DNA of 64,000 nucleotides from Chiloscyllium plagiosum (GCF_004010195.1 NC_057755.1:2873498-2937497), one strand, 5' to 3'; shown: positions 1 to 12,429, counted from the first letter of the stretch. The notes: generated by a model from the sequence alone, not told the origin. A program made the numbers and translations.

Positions 1-540
1 AAAGTCTATCCGCCATCCACAAGGCACAAGTCAGGAGTGTGATGGTATAGTCTCCACTTGCCTGGATTTGTGCAGCTCCAACAGTACTCAAGAAGCTTGA
101 CACCATCCAGGACAAAGCAACCCTCTTGATTGGCACCAGGTCTACAAATATTCAAACCCTCCACGACCAAGCAGCAGTGTGAACTATCTACAAGATGCAC
201 AGCAGGATATCACCAAAGATCCTCAGGCAGGACATTCCATAAACTATGAACACTTCTACTTCAGAGGACAAGCGTTGCAAGTACATGGGAACACCAGCCC
301 CTGCAATATCCCCTTCAAGACACTCGCCATTCTGATTGGAAACATGTCACAGTTCCTTCTTTTCCGCTCAGCGAAAGTCCTGGAATTCCCTCCCTAACAA
401 CAATGTGTTTCTGTGGAGAGGACATGCAATGCATTGTTTGAAGAAAGCAGCTCACCACCACCTTATCAAGGGCAACTAAGGTGAGTAATAAATGGTGACA
501 CAGTCAATGATACCCATGTCCCACTAGTGAATAAGGAAAA
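1..540 (+). mobile_element. 3' end of a non-LTR retrotransposon (CR1/L2 group), degraded
   Basis: Translates to a post-RT segment (IHKAQVRSVMV*SPLAWICAAPTVLKKLDTIQDKA) followed by an A-rich tail; related pieces at ~15020-15155 and ~29900-30580. Confidence 0.75.
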
Positions 541-594
541 GCATTTCATGGTCTGGAAATCATAGCACCATCCTGTGGGGTTCACTGAGGAGTT

Positions 595-1496
595 TCATTT
601 ATTCATAACACGAGGAAATCGTGCAATCTTGTATTTTACTGGATTACTGATCTTTGCTCTGAACCCAGATAATGTTGCTGCATAAATAAATGTATTTGTG
701 CAACAACTTAAGTTCTGCAGCATGTAACCAACGCTATTAAAGTGAAATAGGAAAGGTGGGTATGTGGCAGTATTGATTCCTTGAATGACATAATATAAGA
801 AATCTATAACAACTATTAACCACAGGAGGATGAAGCTCCCAGACACAGTGAAGGGTAAAATCACAGATTTCCTTCTGCTCTCCATCTCTGGGTCTCTGTG
901 ATTCTCTCCTTTGCTCTCACTCTTCAGCCTCTTCCGGACTCGACTGGTCACTAAAATGTGTCGCACAGTCAGAGCATTGAGCAATGGAATTAAAACGAAT
1001 GGCAGTAAAGGGGTCAAAACTGTATCAAGCCAATCTAATGGCACCCACCAAGTCTCAGTATGGTAGCTTAATTTTGTATCATAGTAGAATGGCACATTGT
1101 TGATGATCGTCCAAGGTTCATATTGAAAATAGAAGGGGATATTTTTCAAACAGAATAGGGTGCAGGTTGTTGCTAGAACCATAGTCGCAGTTTTCTCAGT
1201 GCAATATTTTGCTTTCAGCTTTTGACAACAAATGGTCACAAACCGGTCAAAGGAGAAAGTGTCGGTGAACCAGACAGAGCAGTCCCTCGCAACACGTAGC
1301 AGGACTCCAGTAACACTACACACAGGAGTGATATCCAGGAAAGACCGTGGGTAATAATAATAGGGAAATCTGTCCAGTATAACATCAGTGATAATGACCA
1401 TCAGATCGGCAGCTGCCATAACCAACAGGTAACGAGTAGTACAGGAGTAAATACCGCACTTTCCCCGGGGAAGAGTAACAACCACCAGCAAATTAA
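595..1496 (-). CDS. Exon 2 (TM1 end to C-terminus) of an intact class A GPCR, GPR139/GPR142-like
   Basis: Open frame with 7TM motifs MAAADL (TM2), PVC...SVWF...FDRF (TM3), PLLPF (TM5), SGSFILLW (TM6), SCCTNTFIY (TM7). Polypyrimidine tract plus AG acceptor (tttctctttcacag|TTAAT) at 1497/1496. Confidence 0.9.
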
Positions 1497-1630
1497 CTGT
1501 GAAAGAGAAATGGGAAAAGACATGGTCAATTACTGACAGAAATGTCACCTGTCTGTTCCAGAGGGCAAAAATAAGATTTTACCACCAAAACCTGACACAC
1601 TGTGGTTGGGGTTGAGTGAGTTTGAATTTT

Positions 1631-1927
1631 AAGATTAGATTAGATTACAGTGTGAAAACAGGCCCTTCGGCCCAACAAGTCCACACCGACCCACCGAAGC
1701 ACAAACCACCCTACATTTACCCCTTCCCTAACACTACAGGCAACTTAGCATGGCCAATTCACCTGGCCTGCACATCTTTGGACTGTGGGAGGAAACTGGA
1801 GCACCAAGAGGAAACCCACGCAGACACGGGGAGAACGTGCAAACTCCACACAGTCAGTCACCTGAGGCGGGAATTGAACCCGGGTCTCTGAGGCAGCAGT
1901 GCTAGCCACTGTGCCACCGTGCCACCC
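1631..1927 (-). mobile_element. tRNA-derived SINE (HE1-like) in the GPCR intron
   Basis: On the minus strand: A box TGGCACAGTGG, B box GGTTCAATTCC, tail (tctaa)n; several copies elsewhere in the window. Confidence 0.85.
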
Positions 1928-3283
1928 AAGATGTTCAATCCACCTCCGATTGTCCTCCAGCCCAATCATTCCTGTGATTACGGAGATGGCACAGAGATTG
2001 CAGTCACTGCTCCTCCTAGGAGAGCAGAAGGAATTCTATGCTTTGGTTTGGTTCCAAAGTTACTCGTTGAATAATTGTAATGGATTCTTACAGTTCATAG
2101 CGTTATCTCTGGCAGGTGTAGAACCCGATTAGAAACCTGGCTCCCCACTCAGTCATCAGAGTGACGATTTCACTGTCAATAAACCAAACTCTCCCCTGCT
2201 CCTTGGATCAGGTCTTTCCCCAATCTTAGCATTGGACCAAATCCTGATCGGAGCCACAAGAGGAGCAGGAAACAGATCATCAGACCTGCACAAGATTTCA
2301 AATAAGACTACTGCATGCCTCTTACAAAAGTACAGCTGTACAGAACATGCAGGGCTCTCTCAGTGACAACATGTGAGCGTTAGGACTGTTGTGATGTTGA
2401 CACTGTACATCTCAAACATTTCATTGTGCAGGGATCAGGAGGGTAATCTGTAAGAATTTGAATTCTCTTACCAGAGACGGTGAGAAGGAGAGAATCTCCA
2501 GAAGGGATGGTAGTTAGACGAACTTTTACAAATCAAAGTAGGGAATATATCCTTCAAATCCTTTGCTTAATCAAATCAATCTATGTCAGATTTAAAATTC
2601 ATAACTGATCCAGCATCCCCGGCTATTTGTGGAACAGATTTCCCAGCCTCTCCCATCCGTTGGGTGGAGAAATGCTTCCTAACATGGCCTCTGAATGGTC
2701 TGGCCCAAATTCTCAAACTGTGTCGCCTCACCTTGGGACCCCACACCTAGTGGATGCAGTTCATCATCTTTTCCTGTTAATACCTTGTAGGACTTCGCTC
2801 AGATCCACCGCTAAACCTTCCAAATTCTCGAGGAAATAGGAGCAAAAACAAATTTCTCACCAGGTCTGGCAGCATCTGTCTTAGAGAGAGTAAGCAGAGT
2901 TAACCGTTCATGTCCAGACCCTTCAGAACTAAATTGCCTGATCTCTCCTCACACCTTCAGATCGTCTGATACCAGAACAGATGACAGATCACTGAGATCG
3001 GAAAATACAGCAGCAGCGATATTGGGAGTCTTTGTTAGTGGAGAATTGTACCGAAAATGCTGCTCGGTGAATTGCTATCACTGGTCTGGTCTTGATGAAG
3101 CGTTAAGCCTGAAACTTTGACTCTCTTGCTCCTCAGATGCTGCCTGACATGCTTTTCCCATTGCCATGGTTCCAGTATCTGGATAAGGATGACCAGTCAG
3201 TGAGCTGGAGACATTATTCCTCAAAAGATAAATCTAGAGATCAGCAGTAGATTAAAACATGTTTAAAAGTAATTATCCCATAC

Positions 3284-3350
3284 CAGGAACACCAATAAAA
3301 ACAATGATGGTATAGAACACCTTCTCCACTTGTTGAATTGGTAGATGCAT
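3284..3350 (-). CDS. Exon 1 of the same GPCR (MHLPIQQVEKVFYTIIVFIGVP, phase-1 intron)
   Basis: ATG at 3350, 67 nt, ending CCTG|gtatgg. Splicing to 1496 restores TM1 ...IGVP-V-NLL and gives 969 nt (322 aa plus stop). Confidence 0.85.
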
Positions 3351-3710
3351 TTTTCCATGAGTGGTGATCTGTCCCTTTCAGAAGCTGAGCTGATGCATTT
3401 CCAGAGACGCTGCCTTATACTGTGTGGAAGGTCCTTGGGGAGGTCAAGGTTACAGCATTACTCAGCTTTGTTGCTTTTAAAATTTCTGTCAATGAACAAA
3501 CTCATTACAATAACAAGTTTAATCCCAACTATGAACAACTGCTGCTGTTCATACATCAAAATGAAATAAATAAACAGAATCTGGAATTTTCCAGCAGTAA
3601 CACTATGCACCTAAATACCATGAACCTCATCCCCAGAACGCAAATTATTTCAACTGATGCTGTTATTGCTAAGTTGTTGTCTGCAAAATGGTAAAATGGG
3701 AAAAGCATGG

Positions 3711-4506
3711 TGTGCTCCCTTTAAAGATGCTTTTTGGTGCTTAGAGTTAAAATGAATGTCCGAACAGCCGTCTTAACATGCAGGTACTCAGAGAGCGCCC
3801 AAATTGTAACATTTTGTATCGAATGGTCAAGCAGTGTTTTTACCGAGACAACAGCCTTTTTGATTTTAGCCAATCAGTTTAAACCAAGCACGTAGCTTCC
3901 AAAATTCGATTAAATTTAAATCTGATGGTTAGACGACCCAGGACCAATCCAATTGTAAATGGGTAAGTTTTCAAACCGACTGAACTGCCATCTGGAAACA
4001 GATATCAGCTCTTAGAGAAAGCACCATCTATTTACTACTGTACCACGGCACACCATCCAAATTCCTGACAGAAGAAAATATACAGTAAGCATTCCTGACA
4101 GAAGGATCAGAGGAGAAGACACAGGAAGTTCCAGAAGACGTGTAACATGGCTCTGATTTCAGTAGACTAAATTTTATTGTTTGTTGTTTAAGTGGAATTT
4201 GCATTTATTGGAATACCATATCGTTAGAATCCTGTTTTATTTGGCAATAGTTAGTAGTTAGAGGGGAATTGTTCGATCTTTTAATAGCTTAGTTATTCTG
4301 CTCACTCTTAGAGTTAGCGAAATAAATTGTTCCTTTTTGATTGTAAAAATGAGTGCTGGGATTTATTTTACTTAACCACTAGAAGTTGCTAAAAAGTAGA
4401 TGACACCCCTTCTCACACTCCTCTTAGCAGATTATAAGGTGATTCACTCCCCTTTGGGTCATTCCGTTTTAGCTTTCACAGATACCTCTACCTCCGCTTT
4501 CGAACA
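3711..4506 (+). mobile_element. Probable 5' LTR of a Gypsy element
   Basis: Begins TG, ends CA, directly followed by a PBS; 4091-4506 has a diverged homologue at 9131-9547. Left boundary uncertain. Confidence 0.6.
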
Positions 4507-5615
4507 GATTGGGGGCTCGTCTAGGATCTGGACAGAGCAGGTCTGAGATGTGGATACATCTGGAATGACTTGGATACATTTATACAGATCTGACTAGATT
4601 TAATGAACAAAAGGTCCCAGCAGATTTTAACAGACTTGGGGACTAGTATTCTGTGTCTTTAAATAAAACGTAATTGAAAAGTGAAAAATCTGTTGAATTT
4701 TGTTTGCTTGTTTTCGGTTAAACCAAAAGTTGGGAAATATCTCTTAACATTGCTAAATGGGTGCTGCTGGTCGAAGACGGTTCCCAAATTTGCCAAGAAA
4801 GTTTAAAAAGACCGAAAACGGCGAGGCTTATAGAAATGGAAAACTGACTAAAATTGAGTTTAACTAGGGATAATAATAAAGCTGAAATTGTGATGGATTT
4901 CGCCAAATATTTAGGTATGCCAGAGAAACAGACAAGTGCAGTGCAGTTAGAAAACAATAGATTGCAAATGAGACAACTGGAATCGGAGAATGAAAGGAAG
5001 GCGAGAGAGTTTGCATTTCAGTGAAAAGCAAAACAGGTAATTCCGTTTTAGCTTTCACAGATACCTCTACCTCCGCTTTTGAACAGATTGGAGGCTGGTC
5101 TAGGATCTGGACAGAGCGGTTCTGAGATGTGGATACATCTGGAATGACTTGGATACATTTATACAGATCTGAACAGATTTAATGAACAAAAGGTCCCAGC
5201 AGATTTTAACAGACTTGGGGACTAGTATTCTGTGTCTTTAAATAAAACGTAATTGAAAAGTGAAAAATCTGTTGAATTTTGTTTGCTTGTTTTCGGTTAA
5301 ACCAAAAGTTGGGAAATATATCTTAACATTGCTAAATGGGTGCTGCTGGTCGAAGACGGTTCCCAAATTTGCCAAGAAAGTTCAAAAAGACCGAAAACGG
5401 CGAGGCTTATAGAAATAGAAAACTGACTAAAATTGAGTTTAACTAGGGATAATAATAAAGCTGAAATTGTGATGGATTTATCCAAATATTTAGGTATGCC
5501 AGAGAAACAGACAAGTGCAGTGCAGTTAGAAAACAATAGATTGCAAGTGAGACAACTGGAATCGGAGAATGAAAGGAAGGCGAGAGAGTTTGCATTTCAG
5601 TGAAAAGCAAAACAG
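4462..5615. repeat. 579-bp direct tandem duplication (LTR end, PBS, gag start)
   Basis: 4462-5036 recurs at 5041-5615 with few substitutions; near-identical ORFs at 4718 and 5297. Confidence 0.95.
4510..4527 (+). promoter_or_regulatory. Primer binding site, tRNA-Pro type
   Basis: TGGGGGCTCGTCTAGGAT, 16/18 match to the tRNA-Pro PBS TGGGGGCTCGTCCGGGAT, 3 nt after the LTR end. Confidence 0.75.
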
Positions 5616-8385
5616 AAGGAAAGGGGAAGAAGAATTATAGCAGAAGAGAAAGAAAAAGTGAGAGTTTGAAATTCAGAAGATGACAATTAAACAGGGAAGT
5701 CGGCGTAAGAAGAAGATGGGGAAGGTATAAGGTAGGCTTAGTGAGGAGCCGAGAGTGTGATGCTGGAAAGGCACAGTAGGTCAGGTCGTATCTGAGAAGT
5801 AGGAGGGTCAACATTTCGAGCATAAGCCCTTCGTCATGAATGACGCTTGTGAACCAATGGGGCTGACAGATAAATGGGAGGTGATGGAGCTGGGGCGAAG
5901 GTAACTGGGAATGTGATAGGTAGATGAATGTAGGAGGAAAGGTGATAGATCAGAGAGGAGGTTGGAGTGGATAGATGGGAAGGAAGATGGACAGATCAAG
6001 AATGCAGTGCCGAGTTGCCTGGGGTATGTTGAGAGGAGGCGAAATGAGGAAACTGGTAAAATCCACATTAATTCAGTGTGGTTGCAGGGTCACAAAGTGG
6101 TAGATGAGGTGTTCTTTCTCCAGGCGTCTGGATGTTAGTGTTTGGAAATCGAGGAGGCCCAGGACTTGCATGGCCTTGTGGAGTGGGAGAAGGAGTTAAA
6201 GTGTTCAGCAACAGGGTGGTGGGGATGGTTCGTGCATGTGTCCCAGAGATATTCTCTGAAAAGATCCGGAAGTTTGTGTCCTGTCTCCTCAATGTGGAGG
6301 AGATCACATTGGGTGCAACGCATACAGTAGATGATGTGTTAGTGAGGAGCATAGTAACGATGAACAAACCCATCGTAGCTAAAGGCCTGGTAGAGATATA
6401 TACAAGTAAATCAAAACATTACCAAAATTTAATGAAAAGAATATAGAAGCATTTTTTACTTCCTTTTAGAAACAGATGAATTGCCTCATGAACAGAAAAA
6501 CTGCTCAGAGACTGTGTGGGTAAAGTAAATTCAGACCAAGTTGGTATACAGGGATAGTGAGCTGTTTGCAGTGTTATCAGAGATGCCTACAGCAGAATAT
6601 GAAGAAGTAATACAGACTGTTTTGAGAGCCTATGAATTGGTAGCAGAAACATATGGACAACAGTTCGGAAATATAAGGAAGGAACCAAGTCAAACTTATA
6701 TTGAGATTGAAGAATTCAAAAGATACATGGATGAAAGTACTAAAGATAGACAATATTTTGTTCTGCTTAAGAAATTTAAAAGCTCACTTCCATAATTGAT
6801 AAGAACTCATGTTGTGCAGCAGAAAATTCACGCAGTGTGAAGAGCTGCAGAGATGGTGGATGAATATGCGTTCGTGGATAAATCAAAATCTAGCTTATGA
6901 CAGCAATTTCATTCCGTGAGGGATACAAAATTGGGAAGACGGAGATCCTTCAATTCAATACAAAAGGTGGATCACACTGGGGCCAGTTTACCACATATGA
7001 AGAAAAGGTGTCTTCACTGCAATAAGGTGGGACACAAAGTCACAGTGCTGGTGGTTTACGAAAGGCACTGGGAAAAAGCATGAAATAGAAGAGGATAAAC
7101 CAATGGGATCAGTGAAGGCAATGGAGGAAATTCTGAGAGAAATCGAGGGACTGAAGGAGAGTGTGCCGCCGAGACACGGGCTGAATAGTAACGTAGAACA
7201 CCATCCTTTCAAATGCTTCACCTGTGTGGGTAAGATTTACTGAGGTAGAACGGGGGAATAAGTAAAGAAATTTAAATATTGAGAGATACAGGATAGAGTC
7301 TGTCACTAATGGTAAGAGATGAAAATATCTGTACTCTTTCTGAAATATTGCCTAACAGAGTGGTAATCTGTGGAATAAATGGATAGAGGAGTAGTGTTCC
7401 CCTGTGACAGATAAGGCTAGAAAGTCTAATCAATACCGTGGAAGGGATAGTGGAGTGCTGGAAAGTTGGTTATTCAGGAATCCAATTTATTCCTGGAAAC
7501 AATACAACTGGATCAGAGCTGAGAGTGATATCTGTTGTAATGGAAAAGCCAAAAGAAAACCAGAGAACTGAGGAGTTAAAACAAAAATACCCTGGATTTT
7601 TTTACGGATTATGGGTGCCAAAATCCAACAGCCATAAGGTAAAACAAGACGGTAAAACAAAAAAGAAAGATGACGGAGTTGAGCTGACACTCTATTTGAT
7701 GAACTGGTAAAGGAAAATCCTAAGCATAGGGAGAATCTGACAGAGGTGTTTAGTTCTGAAAGGTTACTGGAATAAAAAGATGAAACAAAAAAGATTTATA
7801 TCATAAGGCCTCTCAGAAAAGGCATCGGAAAGTATTCCGGAATGCTGTTACCTTAAGGATGAAAGTTTAAGGCAGACATGGAAACTTTGGCAGGTTAGTG
7901 CAGATGAGAATGGGGAAAGATATACCCGGTTGTGTTGCCAATTTGATACCGACAGGTCGTTTTGCAGGTAGGGCACAAATTATCTGTAGGCCATCAGGCT
8001 GACATGAATATGCATTTTTATTGGCCTGGAATACATAAAGATGGAGTTGGATTTTGCTGCACGTGTCACACATGTCGGATAATAGGGAAGCTGATCGCTG
8101 TGATAAAACCAGTGCCTTTGATGCCAATTCCCACATTTAATGAACTGTTTACATGGGTTGTGATTGATTGCGGAGGTCCCCTCTTTAAAACCAAAACTGG
8201 GAATCAGTGTTTACTAACCATAATGGACATGCCTTCCAGATTTCCACAGATAATTTCATTGTGGAATGTGAAGGCAAAAACAGTTGTAGAGGAGTTGCTT
8301 GATGTGTTTACCCATTGTGGATTATCCAGGGAGATCCAGTCAGACAAAAAGTTCAGTTTTACTGCCAAATTATTTACGCGGATCA
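4528..8385 (+). mobile_element. Degraded Gypsy (Gmr1-like) internal region: gag, protease, integrase
   Basis: Gag segment VLRAYELVAETY, knuckle CLHCNKVGH (~7008), protease ILRDTG (~7280), integrase FYWPG..CHTC and VIDCGGPL..TIMD..SRFP..IQSD; many stops and frameshifts. Confidence 0.85.
5751..6330 (-). mobile_element. Penelope-like element 3' fragment nested in the Gypsy gag
   Basis: GIY-YIG remnant (CTQCDLLHIEETG...FREYL...HPVAEHFNS) plus a terminal repeat with a decayed hammerhead motif. Confidence 0.85.
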
Positions 8386-9120
8386 TAGATACTGATTTTT
8401 CATTTCAAAGGACATTACTTTAAATTGATATAGCCTATTTGGGGTCAAAAAACACAAAATTCGCCAGTAACAGCGAAATATGACCAACTTCATGATGTAA
8501 GTATCTTGTCCTACTTCTTCCAAATAGTCCACCAGCTTCGGAATTGGGTATGAGTTAGATTTTGTCATAATATTGACCTTCCAATAATGCAAGCGGAATT
8601 GTTGAGTACCATCAAGCTTCAGAACCAACATGATTGGCGAACCCTACTTGCTTTAACACATTTGAATGATGTCTTCTTGGAGCATCGCTTCCACTTCCTT
8701 CTGAACCTGTGCTGCTTTGAGAGAATTAAGCCTGATGGAGTTTGTCTTGTCGGAACAACATTCCTTTCATCAAAGTTAGTCCTCTCCATTCTATTTCTAT
8801 ACAGGTCCACATAGCACAGGTACAGGTCTATCTGGAGACAAATTCCTTGCTATTCCTTGAGGACTTCTTTAGTCAATTTATTCTGAGGATTCAAAACTAA
8901 ATCTTCTGTATTGGAATCCTCACTCTGACAGGCAGTAACTAATCGCTTTTTCTCCAGTTCCCTTTCCTTGTCATAATACTGTTTCAATATGTTCACATGA
9001 CATGCTTGATAAACATTCTTCCTATCTGATCTTATTAGATAGCTCTCCTGACTTATCTTCTTCTATGACAGGGACTACTAAACCTTGCTTTGAAGGAATC
9101 TCCTATCACTGGTAACAGCA
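8386..9120 (-). mobile_element. Inverted segment of Gypsy pol (integrase C-terminus to start of RT)
   Basis: Minus strand reads LLPVIGDSFKARF... then YWKVNIMTKSNSYPIP...YQFKVMSF; same order as 58300-59100 on the plus strand. Confidence 0.75.
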
Positions 9121-9130
9121 GCGATATTAT

Positions 9131-9547
9131 ATTCCTGACAGAACGATCAATGGAAAAGACACAGAATGTTTTGGAAGGCACGTAACGTGGCTGTAATTTT
9201 GAAAGACTAAATTCTATTGTTTTGTTATACGGTGGGATTTGTATTTATTGGAACAGCATATAATTAAAATCTTGTGCTTTTTGGGAATAATTAGCAGTTA
9301 GAGAGCATTTATTCAGTCTATTAATACTTTCATTAATTTGTTCAGTGTTAGAGTTAGATTAAAAGGTATGTTATTTGTCGATTGTAAAAGGAGCCTCAAT
9401 GATTTATTTCACTTAATCATTAGAAGTTGCTGAAAGCAGGTTACATCAGTTTTCACACTTTTTGTTTACAGATTATGGGGATAAGCTGCTCCTTTTTGCT
9501 AAGGTTTTAGTTTTTGGGAAGGAGGTGGTCAACATCCGCTTTGTAAT
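9131..9547 (+). mobile_element. Partial 3' LTR homologous to 4091-4506
   Basis: Colinear similarity starting attcctgacagaa..., visibly diverged. Confidence 0.7.
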
Positions 9548-9754
9548 ATAATACACCAGCCTCTCATGAAATGGATCACTCGGACGACCGTGGACACAAA
9601 TACAGTGGGGAAAAACTCTATTCATGTGTATAATGTCAGAATTATTGCTCAAAGACAAATCATTTCCACATTCCTGAGGGACCACAACAGTGCTCCGTTG
9701 CATGCGTTTCACAATGAGGAACCTCAGTCCAATTGCAATCCGTGAGAGAGCAGG

Positions 9755-9764
9755 TGTTTGTGTG

Positions 9765-9802
<38 letters not shown>

Positions 9803-9952
9803 CATGTGTGTCTGTGCATGTGTGAGTCTGCGTATGTGTGTGTGTCTGTATGTGTGTGTGTTAGCATGTGTGTGTGAGAGTATGTGTGTGTGTACGTGCG
9901 TGTGTGTGTCTGGGCCTGTGCGTGTGTTTGAGAGTGTGTGTGTCTGTGTGTT
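9755..9952. repeat. Degenerate (GT)n microsatellite
   Basis: About 200 bp of interrupted GT dinucleotides. Confidence 0.95.
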
Positions 9953-10245
9953 GATGGTGCTGTCAGTATGGATGGTGCTGTGAGCTCCTGCACTTCCTCT
10001 CTCCCTCTTTGACTGAGTCCTTGAGGTTTTGCGATCTCCACCGCCCTGTGTGAAGTGGTGTGGGGAGGCCAGCAGATGGGCATTGTATCAATTTCACCAC
10101 AAGGGATCTTCATTGCACTGTTTTTACTCTTCACTCGATGGCAGGAGATTTCTGATTCGACTGCATTTGAGTATGAACAGATTGGAATTGGTAAGCTTGA
10201 TGCTGAAAAATAGGGAGCTCAGCAATTTGTTATCTGATGTAAGTT

Positions 10246-10508
10246 TTATTTATTCAGAACACAAGGAATTTGTGTAATCAAATACTGACCCGTATCACTG
10301 ATCTTCGCTCTGAATTCAGACAATGTTGCTTCACAAATAAATGTTTGTGCAACAACTGAGGAGCTGCAGCTTGTGACCAACTTTCCTGAAGTGATACAGA
10401 AAACCCAAGTCATCATCAGGATTGATTCCTTGAATGGCATAATATAAGAATCTCAAAACATTGACTAACCACAGGAGGATGAAGCTCCCAGAGATGGTGA
10501 ACAGCAGT
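10246..10508 (-). pseudogene. GPCR paralogue fragment (TM6, TM7, C-tail only)
   Basis: LLFTISGSFILLWLVNVLRFLYYAIQGIN...LSCCTN, then a 2-nt deletion and ATLSEFRAKIS...VLNK*; colinear with 595-860. Confidence 0.9.
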
Positions 10509-10742
10509 CTCCTGACACCCCCTCCCAGTCCAGGGAAGACTGTAATGTTAAGCCTCCAGTCTCCTGACACCTCCTCTCGGTCCAGAAGAGAATGTAATGT
10601 CAATCCTACAGTCCAGTCCAGCGGTTACTGTAATGTCAATCCTCCAGTCTTCTGACACCCTCTCCCATTCCAGAGGAGACTGTAATGTTAATCCTCCAGT
10701 GTCCTGACACCTCCTGCCAGTCCAGGGGATACTGTAATGTTG
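10505..10742. repeat. ~52-bp minisatellite, ~4.5 copies
   Basis: tgtaatgt core at about 10541, 10593, 10629, 10681, 10733 with ctccagtctcctgacacc between. Confidence 0.85.
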
Positions 10743-10880
10743 AGGTCAGTGTCCCCAAAGTTTATTCTCTCACTTCACTCAGAATTCCTCGGTTGTGTTT
10801 CATCCTGTCCCGCTAATCCCGAGTGCTAACACCATTTGGACAGTTACATGGAAACGACAGGTTTCCTCCTCAGTATGTGC

Positions 10881-12425
10881 AAAAGTGAGGACTGCAGATG
10901 CTGGAGGTCAGGGTCTAGATTAAAGTGGTGCTGGAAAAGCACAGCAGGTCAGGCAGCATCCGAGCAGCAGGGAAATCGACGTTTTGGACAAAAGCCCTTC
11001 ATCAGGAATGAAGGCAGGGAGTCTCCGGGGTGGAGTGATCAATGGGTGGTGGTGGGGAGAAGGTAACTAAAAGTACAATAGGTGGATGGGGGTGTGGATG
11101 AAGGTGAAAGGTCAGAGAGGAGGGTGGAGCGGACAGGTGAGAAGGAAGATTGGCAGTTAGGACAGGTCACGGAGGGAACTATCTTTGCAGAAAGTGTAAG
11201 GGGTGGGGAGGGAATTATATCCATGGTGGTGGGGTCCCTTTGGAGGTGACGGAAATGTCGGTGGATGATGCAGTTTTGCAAAGGATGGTAGGGTGGAAAG
11301 TGACGACCGGTGGGTTTTGTCCTTGTTGCGGTTGGCGGGGGGTGGGGTTTGAGAGCGGAGGCGCGGTATGTGTATGAGGGCATGTTCAACCACATGGGAA
11401 AGGAAATTGCGATCTCTAAAGAAGGTGTGTTCTGTGGTGGAACTAGTCCTCCTGGGAGCAGATACAGTGGAGACGAAGGAATTGGGAATACAGGATGGCA
11501 TTTTGCAGGGGGTAGGGTGGGAAGAGGTGTCATCTAGGTAGCTGTGAGAGTCGATAGGTTTGTAAAAAATGTCAGTGTCAAGTCGGTCATCATTAATGGT
11601 AATGGAGAGGTCCAGGAAGGAGAGGGAGGTGTCAGAGATGGTCCAGGTGAATTTAAAGTTGGGGTGGAATATGTTGCTCAGAACCTGGTCAGCTCCACGC
11701 CCTCCAACAACCCATCCTTCCCTCATGGCCCCTTCCCCTGCCACCGCAGGAATTGCAAAACTTGCGCCAACGTATCCCCCCTCACTTCCATCCATGGCCA
11801 CAAAGGAGCCTTCCATATCCATCAAAATTTTACCTGCACATCCAACAATGTCATTCATTGTATTGGTTGCTTCCAATCCGGCCTCCTCTACATTGGGGAG
11901 ACTGGACACCTTCTTGCATAGCGCTTCAGGGAATATCTCCAATCAACCCCACCGCCCCATGGCCAACATTTCAACTCCCTCTCCCACTCTGCCAAGGACA
12001 TGCAGGTCCTGGGCCTCCTCCACCACCGCTCCCTCACCACACAACACCTGGAGGAAGAACGCCTCATCTTCTGCCTCTGAACCCTCCAACCCCAGGGCAT
12101 CAATGGGGACTTCACCAGTTTCCTCATTTCCCCTCCCCCCACCGTATCCCAGTTCCAACTGCGAGCTCAGCACCATCCTCATGAGCTGGCCTACTTGCCA
12201 ATCTTCCTTCCCACTTATCCGCTCCACCCTCCTCTCTGATCTGTCCTCTCCATCCCTACCTCCATCCCCCTACTGTACTCTTGGCTACCTTCTCCCCAAC
12301 GTCACCACCCTTCCATTTAGCTCTCCACCCGAGAGGCTCCCTGCATCATTTTGCCCAAAAGTCGAATTTCCTGCTTCTGAGGTGCTTTCTGACCTGCTGT
12401 GCTTTTCCAGCACTACTCTAATGTT
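10881..12425. mobile_element. Penelope-like element with inverted structure (minus arm to ~11665, plus arm after)
   Basis: Minus arm: RT C-terminus (FTWTISDTSLSFLDL..DTDIFYKP). Plus arm: GIY-YIG (NVIHCIGC..GLLYIGETG). Terminal repeats at both ends in opposite orientation. Confidence 0.85.
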
Positions 12426-12429
12426 GATT

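Noticed and set aside
1497..1548. N-terminus MTFLSVIDHVFSHFSFT of the listed GPCR ORF
   Set aside because: Intronic polypyrimidine tract upstream of the splice acceptor; the real N-terminus is in the exon at 3284-3350.
9473..10134. Cys/Val- or His/Thr-rich ORFs
   Set aside because: Translations of the (GT)n microsatellite.
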